DNA of 28,036 nt from an uncultured Pseudomonadota bacterium (GTDB lineage: Bacteria > SAR324 > NAC60-12), in contig CAJWCD010000034.1 in NCBI GenBank assembly GCA_913020725.1, positions 1-28,036 of the forward strand, read 5' to 3'. The notes under the pieces are model-generated. The model had not been told where the DNA came from and searched no databases. It saw only the letters and a list, made by a program, of their open reading frames with translations. Positions within the stretch are counted from its first letter, which is position 1. The number at the start of each line of letters is the position of its first letter. Below, in pieces: positions 7,695 through 16,920 of this stretch. Made by a program: the position numbers and the translations under genes.

Positions 7695-8924
7695 TCAGAG
7701 TCGGGTGAATTCGACGCGACGGTTCTTCCCCCAAGCCGATTCGGTGTGGCCGAAATCGGTAGGCCGCTCTTCCCCAAAACTGATGAGGGTGAACTGGTTG
7801 GGGTTTGCGCCGAGTGTTTTGACGAGGTAGTCGTAAACGGCCCGCGAACGCCGCTCGCCCAAGGCGAGGTTGTACTCGTTGGTGCCGCGTTCGTCACAGT
7901 GCCCTTCCAACTGGATGTGAGCTTCCGGATGCTCTTCGATCCACTCGAAGTTGCGGTGCAACGCTTTGGCGAACTCCGGCTTGATGTCGCTCTTGTCAAA
8001 ATCGAAGTACACGGTGCCCAAGTCTGCAATAGGTGCTGAGGCTTCCTCGGTCGGTGCCACGATGATGGTAACGGGCTGTTTCCGTTTAGCCGGGGCAGGT
8101 TCCTCGGCTTTTGGAGCCTCCACCTTGGCAACAACCACAGGTTCCGGCTCAGGCTCGGGTTCCGGCTCAGGCTCGGGTTCCGGTTCTGGGGTGAACTCTT
8201 CAACCTTGGCCACCACGATCGGCTCGGGTTCCGGGGTGACTGCTTCTGCCTTGGCCACCACGATCGGCTCGGGTTCCGGTTCTGGGGTGACTGCTTCTGC
8301 CTTGGCCACCACGACCGGCTCGGGTTCTGGTTCTGGTTCTGCTTCATCCTTGACCACGATCACTGGGCCGATCTCCGCCTGCTTCTGCTTGATCTCTTTG
8401 CTGACATCCTCACCCTGCTCGGCTCGCTTCAAAATCTCCTCGGCCTGCTTTTGCTCTTCAGCGGTACGGGCCTGCTCAACAATCGCTTTGGCCTCTTCTA
8501 CCATTGCGATCTGTTTTTGCTCCTTGGTCACCGGAGCAGGTTGTACGGGTGCGGGGGCCGCCTGTGCGGGGGCCGCAGGCTGTTGCGTCGTGGCAACCGC
8601 GGCTTTTGGAACTGCTGGTTCCGCTGGCGGTTTTGGAGGTTCGGTAGCAGGCGCAGACGGCTCAGGTGCGGGTGTGGGTGCTGCTGGCGCAGGTTCGGGT
8701 TCGGGTTCGGGCTCGGGCTCCGCCGCCGCAATCTTGGTTTCCGGAGCAGGCTCCGGTTTAGGTGCAGGAGTCGGCTCCGGCTCCGGCTCCGGCTCCGGAG
8801 CCGGAGCCGGTTCTTCTTGTGCGGGAGCCGCTGGCTCGACGGCTTCCTCTTTCGGTGCGCAGCCTGCGAGAATCAAGGCGACAAAAAGCAGGACGAAAAG
8901 GCTGATGGCGGATAAATGTCTCAT
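7695..8924 (-). CDS. pal: Peptidoglycan-associated lipoprotein (OmpA-like C-terminus) with a long Pro/Glu/Ala linker
   Basis: Lipobox LAGC; VYFDFDKSDI...EGHCDERGTNEYNLALGERRS...SFGEERP...KNRRVEF. Confidence 0.85.
   Translation of the reverse strand: MRHLSAISLFVLLFVALILAGCAPKEEAVEPAAPAQEEPAPAPEPEPEPEPTPAPKPEPAPETKIAAAEPEPEPEPEPAPAAPTPAPEPSAPATEPPKPPAEPAVPKAAVATTQQPAAPAQAAPAPVQPAPVTKEQKQIAMVEEAKAIVEQARTAEEQKQAEEILKRAEQGEDVSKEIKQKQAEIGPVIVVKDEAEPEPEPEPVVVAKAEAVTPEPEPEPIVVAKAEAVTPEPEPIVVAKVEEFTPEPEPEPEPEPEPEPEPVVVAKVEAPKAEEPAPAKRKQPVTIIVAPTEEASAPIADLGTVYFDFDKSDIKPEFAKALHRNFEWIEEHPEAHIQLEGHCDERGTNEYNLALGERRSRAVYDYLVKTLGANPNQFTLISFGEERPTDFGHTESAWGKNRRVEFTRL
8120..8360 (-). repeat. Tandem coding repeats in the Pal linker ((EP)n-VVVAKAEAVTP units)
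   Basis: Near-identical units of about 45-51 bp plus 6-bp EP microrepeats; boundaries approximate. Confidence 0.8.
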
Positions 8925-9097
8925 GAGTCGCGGCGGTTTATGGGTTTGGATACCTTTACGGAGTGCGGTCTGACTTCAGACAGGCAAACATTAAAGAACT
9001 ATCATTGAAATTATCCCATGTCAATGCAAAGCTCTCCTTTTAGCTACCTGTACACACCTGAGAGTCCAAGAACCATGCCACCTGCCCGGATTACCTG

Positions 9098-10567
9098 ATG
9101 ACGAACGACCTCCTGTTTATTCTGCAACCGCACCTTGCCTTGCTGGGAGTTGGCGTGGGTTGGCTGGTCTTCCGGAAACTCTATGGGGCTGCTGGCGTAA
9201 CCGCCTTGCTCTTAGCGGTTCACCTTATGGGGCAAGCGGCGGAAACGCGGCAGCTTCGGACGTTGGTGGATTCGACGATTGCCAAACAGGAGGTGCTGCA
9301 TGTCGAAGGGTGGGTCGCTGGACACCAACTCGTGGGCGAGGGGGTACGGTTACACTTGCGGCGGGTGGAAGTCGATGATGGAAAGGCTGAAGCTGCGGAA
9401 CTTCCGGAACTCACGCTCCACCTGCCTAAGCGAGGGCGGATGCGACTTTATCGGGGACGGTTGCTGCATGTCGATGGAACGCCATCCGGACTGCGGTTTT
9501 CAACGGGAGTGTCCGAATTGGCCTTTGTGCGGGCCTATCTGCGGGAGGCCCAACCGCTCCCCAGTGGCTGGCAGACGCAGCGGAATTCGTGGGTGGAACG
9601 TCTGAAGGCACGGGCGGCGTTTTATCTGAATTCGGAGTCACTCTCCATCTTCTTGCCCCTAACCTTGGCCCAACGTGGCTACCCCAGTGAGTCCCAGCGG
9701 ATCTTCCGGAAAACCGGACTCGCCCACCTGCTGGCAATCAGTGGGTTGCACATGGCGATGATCTATGGCCTACTCGTCACGCTGTTCCGAAAACTTGGAG
9801 CCTTGCGCTTGACGTGGCTTGAGTCTGCACACTTTTCAAACATCTGCCGAGGGTTGGCATTGCTCGGACTCTGGGGGTACCTGTTTGTACTGGGGTTCCC
9901 AACTCCAGCGTTGCGAGCCGTGGTGATGCTGACGGCGCTGGCCGCCGCGTGGATCACTGGACGGTCGTGGATGATGCTCTATGTGTTAGCGGCCACTGCC
10001 ACAGGTTTTGTACTGCTCGATCCCGCCTCACTCCAAGACCTCTCCTTCCAGCTTTCCTTTCTGGCCGTGCTGCACATCCTGCTCTTTTTGCCGCTTTACC
10101 CCAAGTCCAACCGGGACTCCGGGAGTCTAGGGCGAGTCTGGCGTTTTTGTAGGATAAGCCTACTGATAACCACTGCGGCAACTCTAGGCACCTGGCCAAT
10201 CATCGCCACCGCGTTTCAGCGGGTTCCGCTCGAAGTCTTCTGGCTCAACCTCGTCATGGTGCCGCTGATGGGAGCGGTGGTCTTGCCCATCTGTTTGGCG
10301 GTGGCCTTGCTCAGTGCCCTTCATTTGGGAATGACACCCTACGGGTGGCTGGAACATCTCGGTTACAGACTGGCGGAGCTTGTGCTAGACGTTTGGCTGG
10401 TGGTTCTGCGGACGCTTCACGGCTGGGGAGCGTGGGCTACGCTCGAAATCAAACTGGAATGGACCGTCTGGCATTTTTTGGGCTATTACGCTGTGACCGT
10501 GCTTGGTGGGGTTCTTGTTGCGCGTTGGGTGCAGAATCGTCACCGAATCCGTAACACCCAAGACTGA
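9098..10567 (+). CDS. comEC: ComEC/Rec2 family competence protein (no C-terminal MBL domain)
   Basis: FRKTGLAHLLAISGLHM, PALRAVVM and DLSFQLSFLAV motifs; multiple TMs. Confidence 0.88.
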   Translation: MTNDLLFILQPHLALLGVGVGWLVFRKLYGAAGVTALLLAVHLMGQAAETRQLRTLVDSTIAKQEVLHVEGWVAGHQLVGEGVRLHLRRVEVDDGKAEAAELPELTLHLPKRGRMRLYRGRLLHVDGTPSGLRFSTGVSELAFVRAYLREAQPLPSGWQTQRNSWVERLKARAAFYLNSESLSIFLPLTLAQRGYPSESQRIFRKTGLAHLLAISGLHMAMIYGLLVTLFRKLGALRLTWLESAHFSNICRGLALLGLWGYLFVLGFPTPALRAVVMLTALAAAWITGRSWMMLYVLAATATGFVLLDPASLQDLSFQLSFLAVLHILLFLPLYPKSNRDSGSLGRVWRFCRISLLITTAATLGTWPIIATAFQRVPLEVFWLNLVMVPLMGAVVLPICLAVALLSALHLGMTPYGWLEHLGYRLAELVLDVWLVVLRTLHGWGAWATLEIKLEWTVWHFLGYYAVTVLGGVLVARWVQNRHRIRNTQD

Positions 10568-11155
10568 TCAGCCTTCTTCCCACTTGCGAATATCTGTTTC
10601 TAGGTCCACGCCCAACCCGTCAGCGATGCGGTTGATGTAGTTGAAGTAGGCAATGACCTGTGTGGCGTCGTGAATCGCTGGGTCTGACCAGCCATGATCC
10701 CGGAGTTCCTGAACATCGCGTTCCGACATGGATTCCGGGGTGCGGGTCAGTTTGTCCGCATAAGCGCACAGGGCGCGGTCCGGAAGCTTCAGATTGGCCT
10801 TGTGCCAATCCTGAGAAACCTGTGCGACCAAACGGTCCGCTTCCTCGTCATCGGTGATGGAGAAATCTTTGGCGACCTCAGCCCGGAGGTCGTTGGCGTG
10901 TGCCCGCACTCAATAGGTGCAGCGGTTGACCGCTGAAACGATCACCGCCAGCAATTCCCGGTGTGCCCGCGTGAGTGGGGATTTCCCGAACATCGCCTGA
11001 CGGTACAGCTTCATTGAGGCATCAAGTACCGGCGGGTTCAGGCTCATGATCCGCACGATGTTCCAGATGCGACCCGCTCGCTGCATTGCGGCGTCATACT
11101 GCTCCTTGAGCCGTCCGGTCGCCTCTTCCAATCCAAGGGTTTTAATCCAGGCCAT
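10568..11155 (-). CDS. AhpD/carboxymuconolactone decarboxylase-like peroxidase-related protein, probable selenoprotein (C-T-Y-U), 195 aa
   Basis: ORFs 10910..11167 and 10568..10909 are in frame and separated only by TGA 10910-10912 at the second Cys position of RELLAVIVSAVNRCTY[U]VRAH; C-terminal IAYFNYINRIADGLG; RBS GAGG before ATG 11155. Confidence 0.88.
10873..10892 (-). promoter_or_regulatory. Putative bacterial SECIS element
   Basis: CGACCUC-CGGGCU-GAGGUCG: perfect 7-bp stem spanning nt 18-37 after the UGA, with G at loop position 2. Confidence 0.75.
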
Positions 11156-11280
11156 GTGGTCCCTCATGGGTGTAGGTTCATGTTCTCCTGAATGATGTCC
11201 GGAATTTCCTGGAATTGCAACCCCGGCGTGGGTCTGTCACAATCTCTGAACTGGCAACCCGGATTTGGAGTCCCTCAAAC

Positions 11281-11511
11281 ATGCTTGACGATTTTGACCC
11301 CAAGGAGAAGAAGGCGATGCTAATTTTCATCGCGTTGCTGCTACTGGGACTGGTCTATGTTTCCACGCACAACCTCTCATGGGAAACACCGCAGCACCAA
11401 CAAATGGGGGCAGGCGAGGTCTTTGCTCCGAAACTCGAGCAACGCAGTTCTGAAACCTATTTTGAACCCTCTGAATCAACCCTTGTGGGCAAGCAAGGCC
11501 GAGGTGAATAA
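11281..11511 (+). CDS. Small single-TM hypothetical protein
   Basis: MLDDFDPKEKKAMLIFIALLLLGLVYVS; GGAG upstream of ATG 11281. Confidence 0.55.
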   Translation: MLDDFDPKEKKAMLIFIALLLLGLVYVSTHNLSWETPQHQQMGAGEVFAPKLEQRSSETYFEPSESTLVGKQGRGE

Positions 11512-11596
11512 ATAGTTTGGAACTCCAGCTCAATTCTCATAAAATTTTGCCCAGTGAGACCTCTTTCCAATTTCCAAAACTCAAAAAGGCTGAATT

Positions 11597-12958
11597 ATGA
11601 CGAGTACAACGACAGGGCAGATGGATCGTGTTTGGCGTCCGATGACTCAACACCAATCTTTGCGGGACAAGCCGCAGAAGCATATGGTGACGGGCAAAGG
11701 CTGCTACCTTACCGATCAAGAGGGCAACACGCTATTGGACGGGGTTGCCGGCCTGTGGTGTGTGAACATCGGCTATGGCCGCAAAGAACTTGGAGAAGTC
11801 GCCAAAGAACAGATGGGGAACCTTGGCTACCTTGCTCCGGTGATGACGCACGGCCCTGCGGTAGATTTGGCTGAAAAACTTCAGCAGATGCTGGGGTTGG
11901 AAGGTCATGTTTATTTTACCAGCAGCGGCTCTGAAGCCAACGAAACCGCTTTCAAGATCGCCAGGCAGTATCACCTGCAATCCGGGATGCCCGGAGGTGA
12001 GCGGCGCTACAAGATCATTTCCCGGCACCGCGCTTACCACGGCAACACGATGGCGGCGATGGCGGCAACCGGGCAGGCCGAGCGCAAGATCGGCTACGAT
12101 CCCATGCCTCCGGGCTTCCTGCACATCATGCCGCCTTACCCCTACCGTGCCCATCCGAAACTCACCGTTGCGGAGCATGGCGAAGAGTGCGCCCGGATGC
12201 TGGAGGAAACCATCATCCACGAAGGCAAGGAAACCGTCGCGGCCTTCATCATGGAGCCGATGATTTCCGGAGGAGGCATCCTCGTGCCACCAGACAATTA
12301 CCTTCCGCTCGTCCGCGAAATCTGCGACCGCTATGGTGTGCTGCTGATTTTTGACGAAGTGGTCTCCGGATTTGGGCGCACCGGTCGTATGTTTGGACAC
12401 CAGAATTGGAACACTTACGCCGACATCTTCTCCTTTGCCAAGGGTATTTCCAGTGGCTACATGCCGTTGGCCGCAACGATGGTGCAGGAGCATGTCTTCG
12501 AAAAGTTCTATGGCGACGCCACGACCCTTAATCATTTCCGCCAGATCAACACCTATGGCGGACACCCGGTATCAACTGCGGTTGGTCTCAAGAATATCGA
12601 GATCATCGAAGCCGAAAAGCTTGATGAGAATGCCCGCAAGCTGGGCGAGTACATCCTCGGACAACTCCGGAAGTCAGTTGGCGATCATCCTTGGGTGGGA
12701 GACATCCGGGGCAAAGGTTTGTTAATCGGCGTGGAACTGGTTTCGGATCGGGAAACCAAGGAGCCTCTCGAGGATGCCAAGGTTGGTGGCGTGGTGGCGC
12801 ACTGTTTACAAAACGGTGTCATCATCGGACGCAACGGGAACACCGTTCCCGGACGCTGCAATGTGCTGATCATGGCACCACCGCTGGTGATCCAGCCAAC
12901 GGATGCAGACCGCATGGTGGACGCGCTCAGGAGCGCACTCAATCAGGCCCTCAACTAA
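11597..12958 (+). CDS. Class III PLP-dependent aminotransferase (YhxA/taurine-pyruvate aminotransferase-like)
   Basis: GLWCVNIGYGR, SGSEANE, RAYHG, FDEVVSGFGRTG, FAKGISSGYMP (PLP Lys), NTYGGHP. Confidence 0.9.
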   Translation: MTSTTTGQMDRVWRPMTQHQSLRDKPQKHMVTGKGCYLTDQEGNTLLDGVAGLWCVNIGYGRKELGEVAKEQMGNLGYLAPVMTHGPAVDLAEKLQQMLGLEGHVYFTSSGSEANETAFKIARQYHLQSGMPGGERRYKIISRHRAYHGNTMAAMAATGQAERKIGYDPMPPGFLHIMPPYPYRAHPKLTVAEHGEECARMLEETIIHEGKETVAAFIMEPMISGGGILVPPDNYLPLVREICDRYGVLLIFDEVVSGFGRTGRMFGHQNWNTYADIFSFAKGISSGYMPLAATMVQEHVFEKFYGDATTLNHFRQINTYGGHPVSTAVGLKNIEIIEAEKLDENARKLGEYILGQLRKSVGDHPWVGDIRGKGLLIGVELVSDRETKEPLEDAKVGGVVAHCLQNGVIIGRNGNTVPGRCNVLIMAPPLVIQPTDADRMVDALRSALNQALN

Positions 12959-12964
12959 ACTAAC

Positions 12965-12990
12965 GGGGTGCGGCGTTCGACGCACCTCTT
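12965..12990 (+). terminator. Hairpin after the aminotransferase (weak terminator or stabiliser)
   Basis: GGGGTGCG...CGCACCTC followed by a short T run. Confidence 0.35.
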
Positions 12991-13125
12991 CCGTTCATTT
13001 TCCAAAAACAAAACCTTGGCCGAATTCACTTGGCAAAAGCAAACGTCACTCCCGCTGTGTGGGGAAAACACCTTGCCCGGACTCAACTGAAGTAAGCCCC
13101 AGACACATCATATTTGGAGATCATT

Positions 13126-14238
13126 ATGCGTATTGGAGTACCAAAGGAAATCAAGGTGATGGAAAACCGGGTTGGCATGACTCCGGGGGGGGTATCAGAC
13201 CTAGTCCGTCACGGCCACACCGTTCAGGTGGAAACCGGTGCCGGAGAGGGCAGCGGATTTGCGGATGAGGAGTACCGCAACGCCGGAGCCGAAATCGTGG
13301 CCACTGCCGCTGAGGCGTGGTCCAGTGAAATGGTCATCAAGGTGAAGGAACCACTGGAGCCAGAGTATGCTTACTTCCGGAAAGACCTGCTGCTCTACAC
13401 CTACCTGCACCTTGCTGCCGAAGGTTCGCTGACAAAGGCACTCGTGGACAGTAAAGTAACGGCGATTGCCTACGAAACGGTACAGCTGGCCGATGGCAGC
13501 CTGCCATTGCTGACCCCGATGAGTGAAGTCGCTGGCCGCATGGCCGTGCAGGTCGGCGCTCGCTTTCTGGAGAAACCACAGGGTGGACGTGGAGTGCTGT
13601 TGGGCGGCGTTCCCGGAGTCGCCCCAGCTCGGGTTTCCATCCTCGGCGGTGGGATTGTTGGCATCAACTCCGCAAAAATGGCTGTGGGTCTAGGCGCTTC
13701 GGTGACGATCCTCGACACCAGTGCCGCTCGCCTACGCTACTTGGATGATGTCTTTATGGGGCGTGTTAAGACACTGATGTCGAATGCACACAACATCGCT
13801 CATGCCGTCCGGCACGCCGATCTTTTCGTGGGGGGGGTGCTGATTCCCGGAGCGAAGGCGCCGCACCTCGTCACCGAGGAAATGGTCCAGACGATGCAGC
13901 CCGGATCGGTGATCGTGGACGTCGCGATTGACCAAGGTGGGTGCATCGAGACGATTGACCGCGTGACCTATCACGACAATCCGACTTACGAGCGGCACGG
14001 AGTGGTTCATTACTCCGTCGGCAACATGCCCGGAGCTGTGCCGCGCACCTCGACCTTGGCACTGACCAATGCCACCTTGCCCTACGCCGTGCAATTGGCG
14101 AACAAGGGCTGGCGTGCTGCTTGTGTTGCGGATCAGGCGCTGGCATTGGGCATGAACACCTACGCAGGCCAAATCACCTGTGAGGGCGTTGCGACTTCGC
14201 TCGGTTATGAGTACTGCACACTTGCTTCCTTGTTGTGA
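13126..14238 (+). CDS. ald: Alanine dehydrogenase
   Basis: [70 protein letters not shown]. Confidence 0.96.
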   Translation: MRIGVPKEIKVMENRVGMTPGGVSDLVRHGHTVQVETGAGEGSGFADEEYRNAGAEIVATAAEAWSSEMVIKVKEPLEPEYAYFRKDLLLYTYLHLAAEGSLTKALVDSKVTAIAYETVQLADGSLPLLTPMSEVAGRMAVQVGARFLEKPQGGRGVLLGGVPGVAPARVSILGGGIVGINSAKMAVGLGASVTILDTSAARLRYLDDVFMGRVKTLMSNAHNIAHAVRHADLFVGGVLIPGAKAPHLVTEEMVQTMQPGSVIVDVAIDQGGCIETIDRVTYHDNPTYERHGVVHYSVGNMPGAVPRTSTLALTNATLPYAVQLANKGWRAACVADQALALGMNTYAGQITCEGVATSLGYEYCTLASLL

Positions 14239-14283
14239 CAGAGGGGCGAGGTTTTTGCCCCGCCTTTCCTCCTGTGATCGCTG

Positions 14284-15261
14284 ATGTCCGACATTCCGCT
14301 GATTGACCTCCAGTCCCAACTCGACTGTCCTGAGGTGGAAGCTGCTATTGCGGAGCAGATTGGTCAAGCTTGCACCAACACCGGTTTTTTTGCTATCAGT
14401 GGACACGGTATTCCGGACACGACCATTGAGCATTGCTGGCAGGCGAGCTTGAAGTTTTTTGCATTGTCGGAATCGGAAAAGCTGAAAGTCCGGATGCCCT
14501 ACGCAGGGTACCCCTACGGCTTCGCACCAATGGAGGCAGAGACACTTTCGCACTCACGCGGTCAGCAAGCACCCCCGGATTTGAAGGAAACTTTTTCGGT
14601 CGGCCCAAACACTCCACCGCCTCCGGGCATTTCTGCGAAAGAAGCTGTGTTTGTGTTTTCAGAGAATCAGTGGCCGCACCGCCCTCCAGATTTTCAGGAG
14701 GCGTGGCAGGTGTGTCACAAAGCAATGGCGCAACTTGCCGAACGCTTAATGATGTTGTTCGCTTTGGCCCTCAAGCTACCAAGAAACCATTTTGACGATT
14801 TCCTGCGGCAACCGATCAGTGCCCTACGTGCCAATCATTATCCGGCTTTGATGCAGACTCCCCAGCCGGGACAATTGAGGGCGGGCGCCCACAGCGACTA
14901 TGGCAGTCTGACCCTGCTGATGCAGGGGGAGGGAGCTTCAGGATTGGAGATCCTCAACCGCCAACAAGAATGGGTTCCGGTCACCCCCTGCAAGCCGCAG
15001 GTGGTGGTCAACCTTGGCGATTTGATGGAACGCTGGACCAACGGGAAGTGGGTGTCGTCGCTGCACCGCGTGGTGCCTCCGGAGTTTGAAAGAAACACCT
15101 CACACTCGCGGATGTCTTTGGCGTTCTTTCAGCAACCGGATTGGGATGCTCCCATTGAGTGCTTGCCTACTTGCCTCAATTCCGATGAAACGGCTAAGTA
15201 CCCCGGCGTCACCTCCGGGTGCTACCTGATGGAGCGATTCCACAGCACGGTTCTTGATTAA
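14284..15261 (+). CDS. 2-oxoglutarate/Fe(II) dioxygenase, isopenicillin N synthase family
   Basis: IPLIDL...AC...GFF; AHSDYG (HxD), LHRV, RMS (RxS). Confidence 0.9.
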   Translation: MSDIPLIDLQSQLDCPEVEAAIAEQIGQACTNTGFFAISGHGIPDTTIEHCWQASLKFFALSESEKLKVRMPYAGYPYGFAPMEAETLSHSRGQQAPPDLKETFSVGPNTPPPPGISAKEAVFVFSENQWPHRPPDFQEAWQVCHKAMAQLAERLMMLFALALKLPRNHFDDFLRQPISALRANHYPALMQTPQPGQLRAGAHSDYGSLTLLMQGEGASGLEILNRQQEWVPVTPCKPQVVVNLGDLMERWTNGKWVSSLHRVVPPEFERNTSHSRMSLAFFQQPDWDAPIECLPTCLNSDETAKYPGVTSGCYLMERFHSTVLD

Positions 15262-15266
15262 TCTGC

Positions 15267-15866
15267 TTAAAGTGACTCCGCGAGTTCCCGGAGAATGCGT
15301 CCGCCATCGCAGAAGATAGGCCAGCCATCTCCGGGCAGGATGGCTTCTAAATTCGGCAGCTCCGCCAGTCGCTGCACCGAGGTCATGGCCTGAGTACGGT
15401 CGCTGAGTTTGGGATCGGGCAGCAGACAAAGCCGTCCACCCTCGTGTGCCCGTATGAGATCACCTGTAATCAGCGTGGTTTTTTCAAGCAGCAGGGCCAG
15501 TTCTCCCGAGGTTTTGGAGCCGTTGACCGTGAAGACCTCCAAGCCCGGAACCACCTCGTCCCCGTCCTCCAACCAGCGCTGGCAGGCAAACGGAAAAACA
15601 GCCTGTTCAGCTTGTGGGCCCAGAAGTTCTGCCCCGGTTTCAGAGGCCAACCGTTCGGCATCGCGGGTGTGGTCGGAGTTGGTGATGACGATGTGCTTGG
15701 CCCCCCCAAGGCTTTGCAAGTGCTGCCGGTCGTGATTGGACATCGGCATGGGATCGATCACCACATTGCCCTGCGGGCGCACCCAGCAGAGACCGTGGAA
15801 ATCAATATTGCGGTCCTCGTTGAAAACGGACCAGTTAAAGAGATCAGAACGATGCAATTGTTTCAT
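15267..15866 (-). CDS. MBL-fold metallo-hydrolase-like protein with degenerate metal ligands
   Basis: VVIDP, ITNSDHTRD, GSKTSGE, LITGD, ILPGDG. Confidence 0.75.
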   Translation of the reverse strand: MKQLHRSDLFNWSVFNEDRNIDFHGLCWVRPQGNVVIDPMPMSNHDRQHLQSLGGAKHIVITNSDHTRDAERLASETGAELLGPQAEQAVFPFACQRWLEDGDEVVPGLEVFTVNGSKTSGELALLLEKTTLITGDLIRAHEGGRLCLLPDPKLSDRTQAMTSVQRLAELPNLEAILPGDGWPIFCDGGRILRELAESL

Positions 15867-15869
15867 GAT

Positions 15870-15998
15870 TCATTTGCTGGGTTGGGGGTTGGGGAGTTTT
15901 CGGCAACTCATGAAGGGGCCAAACTCATGAACCGAATCCGGTTCGTAATCCTCAAAATACTGTGACTCCATGGGGGCGGCAAACGTACTCTTGGGCAT
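15870..15998 (-). pseudogene. 42-aa remnant of a MaoC-family dehydratase N-terminus
   Basis: MPKSTFAAPMESQYFEDYEPDSVHEFGPF followed by unrelated sequence; RBS AAGGA; below the ORF-track size cut-off. Confidence 0.55.
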
Positions 15999-16154
15999 GG
16001 GGTTCCTTCTTCACAATTCATTCGGGATTCGCCTCCACTGGCCCCCCTCAACCCTGCACAGACCGAGCGCGTCAACCTCATTTGGTTTTCACATGATGAA
16101 AGCTGGGTTCAGTTGTACAGCACCCTGACCCCTCTTTGCTAAAGGGAGGGAAGG

Positions 16155-16172
16155 CTTATCCAAAACTCATGT
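16155..16172 (+). repeat. Solo degenerate copy of the element end (CTTATCCAAAACTCATGT)
   Basis: 17/18 match to 84-101 and 4473-4490; next to hairpin CCCTCTTT-GCT-AAAGGGAGGG and just past the trpF stop. Confidence 0.75.
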
Positions 16173-16177
16173 GGAGT

Positions 16178-16852
16178 TTAGCGCAATGGGGGCAGGGGTG
16201 CAAGGTGTGAATCTTCCTCCCGCACAGCTTGGACGAAGGCCCGGACTTTTGCCATATCCTTGATTCCGGGTGCCGATTCCACTCCGCTCGCGGTGTCCAC
16301 GCCGAAGGGTCGGATGCGGCGGATGGCGGCGGCGACATTGTCGGGGGTGAGTCCTCCGGCGAGCAGCAGTTTGCCATGTTGCGTCGCCTGTTGCGCGAGT
16401 TCCCAATCAAGAGTTTGTCCGGTGCCACCGTAGTGTCCGGGCTGGTAGGCGTCGAGCAGAAAGCGGGCTTGGCCGTAGTCGGCAATGCTCTCGACCCGAA
16501 ACTCCGGTCCCGGACGAAAAGCACGGAACCACGGCACCCGCAAGGCTCTGGCGAATTCCGGAGTTTCGTCGCCATGCAACTGCACGCAAGCCACGCCGCC
16601 GTCCTCGACGGCTCGGTGGAGGGTGTCGGCGCTGGCGTTGACGAACACGCCCACGGCGGTCACGCCGTCCGGAAGGGCTTGGGTGATTTCCTGCATTTGT
16701 TCCACGGAAATGAAGCGTTTCGACTTCGGCCAGCCGTTGAGTCCGATCCAGTCTGCCCCCGCCTCCACACACGCCAACGCCTGCTCCGGTATGGTGACGC
16801 CACAGATTTTCACGAGGGTTTTTTGCAGGGTGGTGTCGGCGGAGATTGTCAT
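16178..16852 (-). CDS. trpF: Phosphoribosylanthranilate isomerase
   Basis: VKICGVT, VGVFVN, VQLHGDE, LLDA..PGHYGGTG, LLAGGLTPDNV, GVDTASGVE..PGIKD. Confidence 0.95.
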   Translation of the reverse strand: MTISADTTLQKTLVKICGVTIPEQALACVEAGADWIGLNGWPKSKRFISVEQMQEITQALPDGVTAVGVFVNASADTLHRAVEDGGVACVQLHGDETPEFARALRVPWFRAFRPGPEFRVESIADYGQARFLLDAYQPGHYGGTGQTLDWELAQQATQHGKLLLAGGLTPDNVAAAIRRIRPFGVDTASGVESAPGIKDMAKVRAFVQAVREEDSHLAPLPPLR

Positions 16853-16920
16853 GTTTAGTGCAAACCAGTAAAATAAATGATTTTACCATCAGGAAACAGC
16901 ACGGAAAAGACAACCGGAAA

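Noticed and set aside
7951..8973. 340-aa Gly/Ser-rich ORF on the + strand, and the 294-aa frame-shifted ORF 7463..8347
   Set aside because: Shadow frames of the low-complexity Pal linker
10910..10912. TGA read as a nonsense mutation (pseudogene) or as genetic-code reassignment
   Set aside because: Other genes here end normally with TGA, and the position in CxxC plus the SECIS-like hairpin favours selenocysteine
14243..14267. Hairpin GGGGCGA/TTGCCCC after ald as an intrinsic terminator
   Set aside because: U-tract is short and offset, and the next gene starts about 20 bp later; not supportable as a terminator
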